From: Acidobacteriota bacterium | GTDB lineage: Bacteria > Acidobacteriota > Thermoanaerobaculia > Multivoradales > UBA5704 | DNA: 64,000 nucleotides | NCBI GenBank assembly: GCA_040005235.1 | Contig: JBDTZG010000004.1 | Span: 96,001-160,000 of the forward strand | Direction: 5' to 3' | Shown: positions 55,208-64,000 of the stretch, in pieces | How positions within the stretch are numbered: the first letter of the stretch is position 1 | Layout of the letters: each line of letters opens with the position of its first letter | Notes under the pieces: generated by a model | The model's input: only the letters and a program-made list of their open reading frames with translations | Told to the model about the DNA's origin: nothing | The model's database searches: none | Program-made: the position numbers and the translations under genes

Positions 55208-57880
55208 ATGCACGACCCGCGCCCCCGACTCTTCCTGATCGACGGCTACTCGAACATCTTCCGAGCTTACTACGCGATTCGCAACCTCTCGAACTCGCGC
55301 GGGGAGCCGACCAACGCCGTCTACGGCTTCATCCAGATGCTCCGGAAGCTCCTGCGGGAGGAGCGGCCGGAGCTGATCGGCGTGGCGCTCGATCTCTCCG
55401 GCCGCACCGTCCGGACCGAGAAATACGAGGCCTACAAGGCGAACCGTCCGCCGACTCCCCCGGATCTCAAAAGCCAGATTCCGCTCGTCCGCCGGGCGCT
55501 TGAAGCGTACCGAATCCCGGTGCTTGAGCTGTTGGGCTACGAGGCGGACGACGTGCTCGGCACCCTCGCCTTGAAGGCCTCGGGCGAGGGGTACGACGTG
55601 GTCCTGGTCTCCGCCGACAAGGACCTGATGCAGCTGATCGGGCCGCACGTTTCGATGTACCACACCGGCCGCAACAAGTTGTACGGCCCGGCCGAAGTGA
55701 CCGAAGATTTCGGCCTGCCGCCCGAAAAGGTGGTCGACGTTCTCGCGCTGATGGGCGACGCGGTCGACAACGTTCCCGGGGTCCCGGGGATCGGCGACAA
55801 GGGGGCGAAGGCGCTGATCCAGGAGTACGGCACGCTCGAAGCGCTGCTCGATCGGGCGGGCGAGATCACCCGGAAGAGCTACCGCGAAAGCCTGACCGCC
55901 AACCGCGAGCTGGCCCTGCTGTCGAAGGAACTGGTCACCATCCATACCGATCTACCGATCGTCCTCGATCCTCTGGCCCTGCGTCTCGACGCGCCGGACG
56001 AGGACGCCCTGCGCAGCCTGTTCGGCGACCTCGAGTTCTTTTCGTTGCTCGAAGAGCTGAAGGCTTCGGCGCGGCAGAGCCCGTCCGAGATCGTCGCTGC
56101 CGAGGAGATCGTCGACCGGGCCGCTTTCGAGCAGGCCGCAGCGGCCGCCATGGCGAACACGGCGGCTCCGGCTGCCCCGGCTTCGAACGCCGAGCTGTGC
56201 GTCCTCCTGCTCGGCACCGAGCCGCCCATCGGCCTCGCCTGGCTCGCGGGGGATGGCGTGCCGCGCTATGTCGACTTGCGTCGGGAAGGTCTCGCCGATG
56301 CCGCCTGCGAGGCGATCGGCACCTGGCTCGGCAACCCGGAGCTGAAGCTGGTCGGCCACGACTTGAAAGAGCTGCTGCGGCGGATCTGCAACGCGCCGAT
56401 CCAGGCAGATCTGTTCGACGAGATGCTCATCTCTTACCTCTTGAAGCCGTCGATCCACGGCCACGCGCTCGACGAGGTGGCGGTCGAACGGCTGAACCGT
56501 ACGCTGCTCACGGCGAAAGAGGTCGGCTGGGACAAGGGCCAAGAGCCGCCGCAGGGAGACTCGCGACTCGGCATGTATGCCGGCGAGAGGCTCGAAGTGG
56601 TCCGTTCCCTGGCCGGCCCGATGCGCGGCGAGTTGGCCGCGGCGGGGTCGCTCGGAAAGGTCTACACCGAGATCGAGCGCCCGCTGATGTCGGTCCTGGT
56701 GCGGATGGAAGAGACCGGGATCCTGCTCGACGTCGAATTCCTGCATGCCATGGCGAGGGAGCTGAACGGAGAGATCCTCAAGTTGGAGCAAGAGATCTTC
56801 GACCTCGCGGGAGAGAAGTTCAACCTCGGCTCGCCGCAGCAGCTGGGTGTTCTCTTGTTCGAAAAGCTCGGCTATCCGGTGCTCAAGCGGACCCAGAAAA
56901 CCAAAAGCTATTCGACCGGCGCGGAGATCCTCGAAGAGCTGGCCGCCCGCGGCTACCCGATCGCCGAGCGTATTCTGCGCTATCGCGAGCTGACCAAGCT
57001 GCAATCGACCTACGTCGAGGCGCTGCCCGGCATGGTCGCCGCCGACGGCCGAATCCACACCCGGTTCAACCAGGCGGTCGCGGCGACCGGCCGGCTATCT
57101 TCGACCAACCCGAACCTGCAGAACATCCCCGTCCGCACCGAGATCGGCCAGCGCATCCGCCGGGCGTTCGTCGCCCCTCCCGGCCACCTGCTGGTAATCG
57201 CGGACTACAGCCAGATCGAGCTGCGCATCCTTGCCCACATCGCCGAGGATCCAACTCTCGTGGCGGCGTTCGAGGCGGGGGAGGACATCCACCGGGCGAC
57301 CGCGGCGACCGTCCTTCACGTCGATCCCGACCTGGTGACCCCCGAGCAGCGCCGGGCGGCCAAGGTGATCAACTTCGGCATCCTCTACGGCATGAGCGCG
57401 TTCGGTCTCGCCGCGAACCTCAAAATCCCGCAGAAAGAAGCCGACCGGTTCATCCGCGAGTACCTGGAACGTTTTCCCGGCGTCCGGCGTTACATCGAGG
57501 AGACGGAAGCCTCGGCGGAGCGCGACGGCAAGGTCGAGACGCTCTACGGCCGTGTCCGTTGGCTGCCCGACATTCAAAGCAAGAACCGCAACCTGCGAGA
57601 GAACGCCAAGCGAATGGCGATCAACGCCCGCATCCAGGGCACCGCGGCCGACTTGTTGAAGCTCGCGATGATCGAGGTCGACGCCCGGCTCGCCAGGGAG
57701 CACCCGGCGGTTCGCCTGTTGCTCACCGTGCACGACGAGCTGGTGTTCGAGGTCCCGGAGGCCGACGCCGAGCGCGTCGCCCAGGTGGTCAAGGAAGAGA
57801 TGGAAGGGGTGGCCCGGTTGCGCGTCCCGCTGGTGGTCGACACCGGTCGCGGCGCCAGCTGGTATGAGGCGAAAGGCTAA
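55208..57880 (+). CDS. polA: DNA polymerase I
   Basis: 5'-3' exonuclease (LIDG, FRAYYA, EADDV), TGRLSSTNPNLQNIP, ADYSQIELR, KVINFGILYG and TVHDEL motifs. Confidence 0.97.
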   Translation: MHDPRPRLFLIDGYSNIFRAYYAIRNLSNSRGEPTNAVYGFIQMLRKLLREERPELIGVALDLSGRTVRTEKYEAYKANRPPTPPDLKSQIPLVRRALEAYRIPVLELLGYEADDVLGTLALKASGEGYDVVLVSADKDLMQLIGPHVSMYHTGRNKLYGPAEVTEDFGLPPEKVVDVLALMGDAVDNVPGVPGIGDKGAKALIQEYGTLEALLDRAGEITRKSYRESLTANRELALLSKELVTIHTDLPIVLDPLALRLDAPDEDALRSLFGDLEFFSLLEELKASARQSPSEIVAAEEIVDRAAFEQAAAAAMANTAAPAAPASNAELCVLLLGTEPPIGLAWLAGDGVPRYVDLRREGLADAACEAIGTWLGNPELKLVGHDLKELLRRICNAPIQADLFDEMLISYLLKPSIHGHALDEVAVERLNRTLLTAKEVGWDKGQEPPQGDSRLGMYAGERLEVVRSLAGPMRGELAAAGSLGKVYTEIERPLMSVLVRMEETGILLDVEFLHAMARELNGEILKLEQEIFDLAGEKFNLGSPQQLGVLLFEKLGYPVLKRTQKTKSYSTGAEILEELAARGYPIAERILRYRELTKLQSTYVEALPGMVAADGRIHTRFNQAVAATGRLSSTNPNLQNIPVRTEIGQRIRRAFVAPPGHLLVIADYSQIELRILAHIAEDPTLVAAFEAGEDIHRATAATVLHVDPDLVTPEQRRAAKVINFGILYGMSAFGLAANLKIPQKEADRFIREYLERFPGVRRYIEETEASAERDGKVETLYGRVRWLPDIQSKNRNLRENAKRMAINARIQGTAADLLKLAMIEVDARLAREHPAVRLLLTVHDELVFEVPEADAERVAQVVKEEMEGVARLRVPLVVDTGRGASWYEAKG

Positions 57881-57907
57881 GAGTCGCTTTCGGAAAGGAG
57901 CAACACG

Positions 57908-58564
57908 ATGGCTTTCGGTTTTGGCAATTCCAAATCGGCGATTCCGCGTCCCGAGGACGCGCTGGTCGGTCGTTCGACAGCGCTTTCAGTCCCGGAACGT
58001 CATTTCGTACTCGGCACGCCGCTCGCTCCCCCGTACCCGGAGGGGATGGAGCTGGCGCTGTTCGGTCTCGGCTGTTTCTGGGGCGCCGAGCGCCTGTTCT
58101 GGCAGGTGCCGGGGGTCTATTCGACTTCGGTCGGCTACGCCGGTGGCTACACCGCGAATCCGACCTACCGTGAGGTCTGCAGCGGCCAGACCGGCCACAC
58201 GGAGGTGGTGCGGGTGGTGTTCGATCCCGCCCAGGTGAGCTATGCCGCGTTGCTCCAGCTGTTCTGGGAGAACCACGATCCGACCCAAGGCATGCGCCAG
58301 GGGGGCGATGCCGGAACCCAATATCGCTCCGCGATCTACACCTACGGCGCCGAGCAGGCCGCGGCGGCGACCGCCAGCGGCGCCGCCTACCAAGAGCGCC
58401 TCAACGCCGCGGGCTACGGAGCGATTACCACCGAGATCGTCGCTGCCCCCGAGTACTACTTCGCCGAGGACTACCACCAGCAATACCTGGCGAAAAAGCC
58501 GGACGGCTACTGCGGTATCGGCGGGACCGGGGTGTCCTGCCCGATCGGGTTGGCTGCGGTATAA
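57908..58564 (+). CDS. msrA: Peptide-methionine (S)-S-oxide reductase
   Basis: GCFWG, GHTEVV and AEDYHQQYL motifs. Confidence 0.96.
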   Translation: MAFGFGNSKSAIPRPEDALVGRSTALSVPERHFVLGTPLAPPYPEGMELALFGLGCFWGAERLFWQVPGVYSTSVGYAGGYTANPTYREVCSGQTGHTEVVRVVFDPAQVSYAALLQLFWENHDPTQGMRQGGDAGTQYRSAIYTYGAEQAAAATASGAAYQERLNAAGYGAITTEIVAAPEYYFAEDYHQQYLAKKPDGYCGIGGTGVSCPIGLAAV

Positions 58565-58574
58565 TTTCCAAGCG

Positions 58575-59174
58575 ATGCCTATCGCTCTGCTGGAAGAACC
58601 GCCGCTCGCGTTGCCTGGGTCTTTGGGTCCCTATCGGGCCAAGGATTACGCGAACCTTCCCGATTCGCCGCGCTGCGAGCTGATCCAGGGGAACTTCTAC
58701 GTGCCGCCGAGCCCCGCGATTCCCCACCAGTTCCTCGCCTTCGAGCTGGCCAAGCGGCTCGATGTCCCTGCCCGGGAAGCCGGGGGGTACGTGTTCATGG
58801 CTCCCCTGGACGTCCGCCTCGCCGATCATTCGATCGTCCAGCCAGACGTGATCTACGTCTCGGCAGCGCGGCGCGGAATCCTCGGCGATCGCCAAGGCTG
58901 GATCGAGGGCGCGCCCGACCTGCTGATCGAGATCCTTTCGCCAGGAACCGCCCGGCGCGATCGGGTGCAGAAGCTCGATCTCTACGCCCGTTCAGGGATC
59001 GCCGAGTACTGGATCGTCGAGCCGGCCGAGCGCCAGATCCAATTCCTGGTGAACGAAAACGGCCGTTTCGTCGTCGCCCTGCCGGACGGCTCCGTCTATC
59101 GCTCCGCCGTCCTCGCCGAGATCAACCTCGACCTCGAAGCCTTCTGGGCCGAAGCGTCCCGCCGGCTCGGCTAA
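58575..59174 (+). CDS. Uma2-family (PD-(D/E)XK-like) endonuclease
   Basis: ELIQG…PSP…HQ, VQPDVIY, GAPDLLIEILSPGT…D…K and EYWIVEP motifs. Confidence 0.9.
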   Translation: MPIALLEEPPLALPGSLGPYRAKDYANLPDSPRCELIQGNFYVPPSPAIPHQFLAFELAKRLDVPAREAGGYVFMAPLDVRLADHSIVQPDVIYVSAARRGILGDRQGWIEGAPDLLIEILSPGTARRDRVQKLDLYARSGIAEYWIVEPAERQIQFLVNENGRFVVALPDGSVYRSAVLAEINLDLEAFWAEASRRLG

Positions 59175-60424
59175 GAGCGAAGTAGTCGGGCCAACCCCCC
59201 GTCGATCGCTTTCTTGATGTCCCGCATGCTCCGCGTGCCCACCCCTGCCCGGCGGGCGTGAGCCCGCCACTCGGCCGCAGCCGCAGCGACCTGATCGAGG
59301 ATCGATTCGGCGTCTGCGGCCTCGATGCCCGCCGGGGCAGCGAGTTTGAGCAGGTGCCGGCGGGCCGGCGCTCGGCCCTCGCCCGCGACAGTCATCGTGT
59401 GTTCCCCGCCGGGTCCCTCGGCAAACACGAGGTCGTAGGCCGGTGCCAGCTCCCAGACGCCTTCGTCGGTCATGCGGAAGGCGAAGTTCTTCACATGGTC
59501 GTCCCGATTGTGGGTCAGCACGTTGAACGCCATCCTGCGGTAGCACTCCAAGACGTCCCGGTGACTTCGAGTCAAGATCCGCGTCACTTCAAGCAACTGC
59601 CGGTAGTCGCAGCTCGGAATGCGGAAATTGGCATGGATGAGGTTGCCGAAGGTATGCACGTGGTACCGGCGGTTGCCCTTCCGGTCGAAGCGTTCCACGC
59701 CGAAAAACCGCTCTCCCTCCGCCGTCTCGAATAGGCGAGTCGGCGGCATCGTGAGGCCCGCTTCCTTCGCCATCAAGGAATAGGCAAGCTCGGTCGGGCC
59801 TGCGTCGGCCGATTCCGCATGGGCGGGGAACTTGACGATCCAATGGGAATACCCAGCGGGCAGGTCGTCTTCCCCCGAGAGGATCGAATCGCCGCGGACG
59901 CCCACCAGTACTTTGGGCCGAGCCCCGCCGGGACTTCCCCCCGCGCGCAGCAAGAGAGGCAACACCTCGCCTGCCTCACCCTCGATGACCTGCCGGGAGG
60001 CGAGAGCCATGCGATGGAGGTCGAGAATTCGATCCGTAGAATCCGAGGGCTCGATCGGCGGGTGATAGGTGAGCGCTCCCATGGTTCGGCTGCCCAGGTA
60101 GGCCAATCGATCCAAGACCGAGATTTCGGCCAGAGCCGAGCCTTGCTGGCGAAAGAATCGATCCATCAGCAGAAGGCCCCAACCATCCGGCAACGAATCG
60201 TCGAACAAACCGAAGATCGGGCCGAAGTCGTGGTCGCGGTGCTCGATGAGCCCGGCCTGCGGCGGCAGCTTGAAAGGCGAAAGCCAAAGCGGATCGGCAA
60301 GGAAGGCGGAATCGTATTCGAACACCGGTTGCCGTCCCGCCGGCCGGGCTCCGTTCTCCGCCAGCCGGCCGACGAGGCGTTCCTCGCCCGGTTCGCGGTG
60401 GAGGCGCACTTCCAGCCTCTTCAT
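59171..60424 (-). CDS. hipA: Type II toxin HipA-family kinase
   Basis: DSLPDGWG, GSPGGARPK, ERFDR, HNRDDHVKNF and LAPAYDL motifs. Confidence 0.92.
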   Translation of the reverse strand: MKRLEVRLHREPGEERLVGRLAENGARPAGRQPVFEYDSAFLADPLWLSPFKLPPQAGLIEHRDHDFGPIFGLFDDSLPDGWGLLLMDRFFRQQGSALAEISVLDRLAYLGSRTMGALTYHPPIEPSDSTDRILDLHRMALASRQVIEGEAGEVLPLLLRAGGSPGGARPKVLVGVRGDSILSGEDDLPAGYSHWIVKFPAHAESADAGPTELAYSLMAKEAGLTMPPTRLFETAEGERFFGVERFDRKGNRRYHVHTFGNLIHANFRIPSCDYRQLLEVTRILTRSHRDVLECYRRMAFNVLTHNRDDHVKNFAFRMTDEGVWELAPAYDLVFAEGPGGEHTMTVAGEGRAPARRHLLKLAAPAGIEAADAESILDQVAAAAAEWRAHARRAGVGTRSMRDIKKAIDGGLARLLRS

Positions 60425-60726
60425 AGGCGGCCTCTCTTGCGCTCAGGCCGCTTCTCCGCTTTCTCCATTTCGGCGATCGAAGACGCGGGAGGGAGCTTCA
60501 GCAACGAGGCGAAGTCGTCCAACCGGTAGAGCGCAAAGGCCAGGGCGAGCAGGCTTTCGAGCGAAATTCGACCCGACTCCTCGAATCGCCGCAGGGAGGC
60601 GAGGCTGACTCCGGAACGTTCCGCCAGCGTGATCTGCTTCCATCCTTGCGTCAGCCGCAGAGCCCTGGCGCGGCCCGCAAGGTCCTTCGCGACCTGCTCG
60701 GGGGTGGTGAGTGAGAATCGGTCCAT
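60421..60726 (-). CDS. XRE-family HTH antitoxin (HipB-like)
   Basis: RALRLTQGWKQITLAERSGVSLASLRRFE HTH; overlaps the hipA start. Confidence 0.85.
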   Translation of the reverse strand: MDRFSLTTPEQVAKDLAGRARALRLTQGWKQITLAERSGVSLASLRRFEESGRISLESLLALAFALYRLDDFASLLKLPPASSIAEMEKAEKRPERKRGRL

Positions 60727-60760
60727 CGGCTTAAGCCTCCCGATCGGTAGCCATGTTAGA

Positions 60761-60774
60761 GCTATTATAGTAGC
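60761..60774 (-). promoter_or_regulatory. Candidate -10 box within a near-palindrome upstream of the hipB-like gene
   Basis: Minus strand GCTACTATAATAGC contains TATAAT and is self-complementary at 12 of 14 positions. Confidence 0.45.
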
Positions 60775-60944
60775 GGTAGATGCCGAAAGGACGGGTTAAA
60801 CGTTCGCAGAAGGGCGCTTCGAAGAGGCTGCCTGCTTCTGCGGCCGGGAGACGCCCCGACGGGCTAGCACCCGGCAGGGTCGTGGTTGGGTGCCGGGGCG
60901 TCGCTACGGTCGCCCTACCCGGGCGGGCTCGCTATACTGCCGCG

Positions 60945-62387
60945 GTGCGTCGCTTCGCCCTTCTGATCGTTCTCTTCGCCCTCCCGCTCTGCCTGGTTCC
61001 GGGGCGGGGGACGGGGGGTGTCCCTTCGCCGCTGGTCACCGCGCTCTCGGTAGAGGTTTCGGCGACCTTGCGCAATGCCGCTGCGCCCGGGGTGTTCGTC
61101 GCCCGCATCGACGACGGCGAGACGGTTTTCGATTTCGACGGCGACACGCCGCGCATCCTCGCTTCGAATACCAAGCTGCTGACTACGGCCGCCGCGCTGG
61201 ACGCCTTCGGTCCGGGGTACTTCTTCGAGACCCGCTTTCTCTCCCGGGGCGACGTGCGCGACGGGGTACTGCGGGGCGATCTGGGGGTGGTGGGCGGCGG
61301 CGATCCCAGCATTTCCGGCCGCGATTGGGCGGGCGACTCCTATGCCGTGTTCCGCCAATGGGCGGCGGCTCTGCGGGCGCGCGGAGTACGGCGAGTGGCA
61401 GGTGACCTTTATCTCGCTCATGGGCTGTTCGAGGCGCGGCGCATTCATCCCGATTGGCCGACCGAGCAGCTCGACGCCTGGTACGAGGCGCCGATCGACG
61501 CGCTGTCGTTCAACGACAACTGCATCCTGATCCGCGTTCGCCCCGGGGCGGCCGGCCAGGCGCCGCAGATCGAGACGATCCCGCCGGTCCAACTCCTGCG
61601 GGTGGACAATCGCGCGAAGACGGTCGCCGGCCGGTCGAACAATCCGGTGGTGCGCCGCGAAGGGGATTTGCTGATCGTCTCCGGCAAGATCGGTACCGCG
61701 AACGGTCCGTTCGACACCTGGATTTCGGTGCCCGATCCGACCCTCTATTTCGGCCTATCGTTGATCGATGCCCTGCGCGAGGAGGGTATCCAGGTCGTGG
61801 GCAAGGCGCTGCCGGTCGAGGGCCTGCCCGGCGAGGTTTGGGAGCGGCTCGCGGCCTACAAGAGCGGATTGCTTTCGGCAGTCGAAGTGGCGAACAAACG
61901 GAGCCAGAACTTCTACGCCGAAAGCCTGGTCAAGCTGCTCGGCGCACGGCGTTGCGGCCACGGCGGTTGGCACGAGGGCACCGAGGCGGTTGCTGAGTTC
62001 CTCCTCTCCTTCGGCGTGCCGGCCAGCTCGTTTCGGCTCGCCGACGGCTCCGGCATGTCGCGCGGCAACCAACTCTCGCCGCACCAGATGACGCGCCTGC
62101 TGCGGCACATGTGGTTCCACCCTTCCGGGGCCGAATTCGTTCATTCGCTGCCGTTCGGCGGCGAGGACAACGGCGGCTGGAAGTCGCGCCTCGCGAGTCC
62201 CCCCTACCAGGGCAACGTCTTCGCCAAGACCGGTACCCTCGCCGACGTATCGAGCCTGTCGGGTTATGCCCGCGCTGTGTCGGGTCGGGTCTACGCGTTC
62301 TCGATCCTCCTGAACCAGACGCGCAGCAACGAGGAAGCCCACCGCGAGCAGGATCGGATCGTCAAAGCGATCATCGATCAGGGCTGA
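60945..62387 (+). CDS. dacB: D-alanyl-D-alanine carboxypeptidase/endopeptidase (PBP4, peptidase S13)
   Basis: ASNTK (SxxK), GGGDPS, SQNFYAE (SxN), DGSGMSR and AKTGTL motifs; GTG start with signal peptide. Confidence 0.92.
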   Translation: MRRFALLIVLFALPLCLVPGRGTGGVPSPLVTALSVEVSATLRNAAAPGVFVARIDDGETVFDFDGDTPRILASNTKLLTTAAALDAFGPGYFFETRFLSRGDVRDGVLRGDLGVVGGGDPSISGRDWAGDSYAVFRQWAAALRARGVRRVAGDLYLAHGLFEARRIHPDWPTEQLDAWYEAPIDALSFNDNCILIRVRPGAAGQAPQIETIPPVQLLRVDNRAKTVAGRSNNPVVRREGDLLIVSGKIGTANGPFDTWISVPDPTLYFGLSLIDALREEGIQVVGKALPVEGLPGEVWERLAAYKSGLLSAVEVANKRSQNFYAESLVKLLGARRCGHGGWHEGTEAVAEFLLSFGVPASSFRLADGSGMSRGNQLSPHQMTRLLRHMWFHPSGAEFVHSLPFGGEDNGGWKSRLASPPYQGNVFAKTGTLADVSSLSGYARAVSGRVYAFSILLNQTRSNEEAHREQDRIVKAIIDQG

Positions 62388-62405
62388 AAAGCCGACCTGG
62401 GGAGA

Positions 62406-63683
62406 ATGCCGGAGATGTCCATAGAAGTCCGCGCGGTCAACTACCGCGAGTTGATGAAGAAAGTCGAGCAGGTCGTTTCCGCGATCGACCGCTCGGACGA
62501 CGTGTCGAGCACCATCCAGACGGTGATCGAGACGATCATTCAGAAGTTCCGCGACGAGCTGGGCATCTACGGTGGCCGGCTCTATCGCCTAGAGGGTAAC
62601 CAGTACGTGCTCGAAGGTCTGTTCGGCGACGCCGCCCCGGTCGAGCTCGGCCTCAAGATCCCCTGGTCGTACCCGCCGTTCGAGAGGCTGGCAGAGGACG
62701 GCGTGGTCTATATGGCGGCGGACGATCCGGGGGTCGATCCCGAGCTCGAAGCGAAACTCGGCGTGCAGCGCTTCGCCGCGGTCGAGGTGGGCGACGAGGA
62801 TTTCGTGCTTGCCTTCGATATCGCACCGGGAGTCTCAGCCGACGACGTCCGTTTCTCGCTCGGCATCCTGCGCCACAGCATCAACGAGAAAATCCGCCGC
62901 GAGCGGATGCGCACGCTGTTTGAAGAGGCGCGGAAGATCCAGGCGTCGATCCTGCCGCGCCGGGTGCCCAGCTACGGCCAGTTCGATCTGTTCGGCCGGT
63001 TCGAGCCGATGGAGAGCGTCGGCGGCGACTTCTTCGACTACATCCCGCTCACCGAAAAGATCCTGGGGCTCGCGATCGCCGACGTCTCGGGCCACGGCCT
63101 GACCGCCGCGCTCCAGGTCCGCGACATCTACATGGGCCTGCGCATGGGGCTCGCCCGCGACCTGAAGATCGTCCGCACGGTGGAACGCCTGAATTCGATC
63201 ATCCATCGCAGCACGCTCACCAGCCGTTTCGTCTCCATGTTCTACGGCGAGCTGGAGCTGAACGGCACGTTCATCTATGTGAACGCCGGGCACCCGCCGC
63301 CGTTTCACCTGGCGGCCGACGGCACTTGCCGTTTGCTGGAAGAAGGAGGCCCGGTGCTCGGCCCGCTCGCCTCGGTCTCTTACGAGCGCGGCTTCGTGAT
63401 CATGAGGCCGGGCGACATGCTGGTGTTCTACACCGACGGCATCGTCGAGGCACTGGGCAAAGGAGAGGGCGCCGAGCGCGAAGAGTACGGCCTCCGCCGC
63501 CTGATCCAGGTCGCAAGCGCGAACCGCGGTCCGTCGGCCCAGGCGGTGGTGGAAGCCGTCTTCAAGGACGTCGAACGTTTCTCGGATGGCGAGCCGCCCC
63601 AGGACGATCGAACCGTCATGGTGGTCTGCCAACCGCCAGGGGATATCCCCACCCAGGCGTTTCCGCGGCCACGGTTCGTGTAG
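62406..63683 (+). CDS. PP2C/SpoIIE-family Ser/Thr phosphatase with GAF-like N-terminus
   Basis: ARKIQASILP, VGGDFFD, IADVSGHG, NAGHPPP, YTDGIVEA and DDRT motifs. Confidence 0.9.
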   Translation: MPEMSIEVRAVNYRELMKKVEQVVSAIDRSDDVSSTIQTVIETIIQKFRDELGIYGGRLYRLEGNQYVLEGLFGDAAPVELGLKIPWSYPPFERLAEDGVVYMAADDPGVDPELEAKLGVQRFAAVEVGDEDFVLAFDIAPGVSADDVRFSLGILRHSINEKIRRERMRTLFEEARKIQASILPRRVPSYGQFDLFGRFEPMESVGGDFFDYIPLTEKILGLAIADVSGHGLTAALQVRDIYMGLRMGLARDLKIVRTVERLNSIIHRSTLTSRFVSMFYGELELNGTFIYVNAGHPPPFHLAADGTCRLLEEGGPVLGPLASVSYERGFVIMRPGDMLVFYTDGIVEALGKGEGAEREEYGLRRLIQVASANRGPSAQAVVEAVFKDVERFSDGEPPQDDRTVMVVCQPPGDIPTQAFPRPRFV

Positions 63684-63695
63684 TTGGGCGCCGCC

Positions 63696-63998
63696 TCACC
63701 CCAGCGGCACCATCTCCAACTCCTGCCGTAGCTTGATCAGCAGCTTCTCGGAGTACACCCCCGATCGCAGCTGCACCCCGGGGTAGATCTGCGTCTCCCG
63801 CCCGACCACCACGCCCGGGTGAATCACACAGTTGCACCCGGTCTGCACGTGGTCCCCGAGCACCGCGCCGAGCTTCCGCCGCCCGCTGGGCCGATCCTTC
63901 CCGACGTAAATCTCCCGTCCGTCGTGGCGGAAGTTCGACAGGATCGTCCCGGCGCCCAGGTTGACCTCGGCCCCGAGGATCGAATCGCCCACGTAGTT
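63696..63998 (-). CDS. C-terminal left-handed beta-helix of a GlmU-like sugar-phosphate nucleotidyl/acetyltransferase (5' part outside window)
   Basis: NYVGDSILGAEVNLGAGTILSNFRHD…RRKLGAVLGD…TGCN hexapeptide repeats; frame open to the window end. Confidence 0.8.
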   Translation of the reverse strand, partial: NYVGDSILGAEVNLGAGTILSNFRHDGREIYVGKDRPSGRRKLGAVLGDHVQTGCNCVIHPGVVVGRETQIYPGVQLRSGVYSEKLLIKLRQELEMVPLG

Positions 63999-64000
63999 CA

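Noticed and set aside
58575-60726. Uma2 plus hipBA as a novel defence system
   Set aside because: The genes are convergent and individually common; this is an ordinary TA/accessory insertion.

Overview
GC-rich bacterial chromosomal segment. Gene content and protein styles suggest Acidobacteriota, possibly Thermoanaerobaculia-like (inference only). From left to right: a surface-glycan/glycosyltransferase cluster and an L-Ara4N (arn) locus with split ArnA; a visibly lower-GC island of about 10 kb (c. 12.56-22.3 kb); an orphan PyrH/SttH-like tryptophan halogenase; two paralogous secreted proteins behind a sigma-54 promoter; then mostly housekeeping genes (topA, dprA, peptidase-propeller-Omp85 operon, RNA ligase, two-component pair, POT transporter, cNMP phosphodiesterase, M24 peptidase, ABC efflux parts, moaB, polA, msrA, hipBA, dacB, PP2C phosphatase). 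The island is the main candidate for an undescribed system. It carries a sensor-less, motif-divergent sigma-54 activator, a clear -24/-12 promoter, and a co-oriented operon encoding a membrane-anchored extracytoplasmic vWA protein, an FtsZ/tubulin-like GTPase with a multi-zinc-ribbon tail, a stand-alone multi-zinc-ribbon protein, and a second paralogous tubulin-like GTPase. I saw no rRNA, tRNA, CRISPR array, integrase or transposase. All family calls come from reading motifs by eye; no database search was run.
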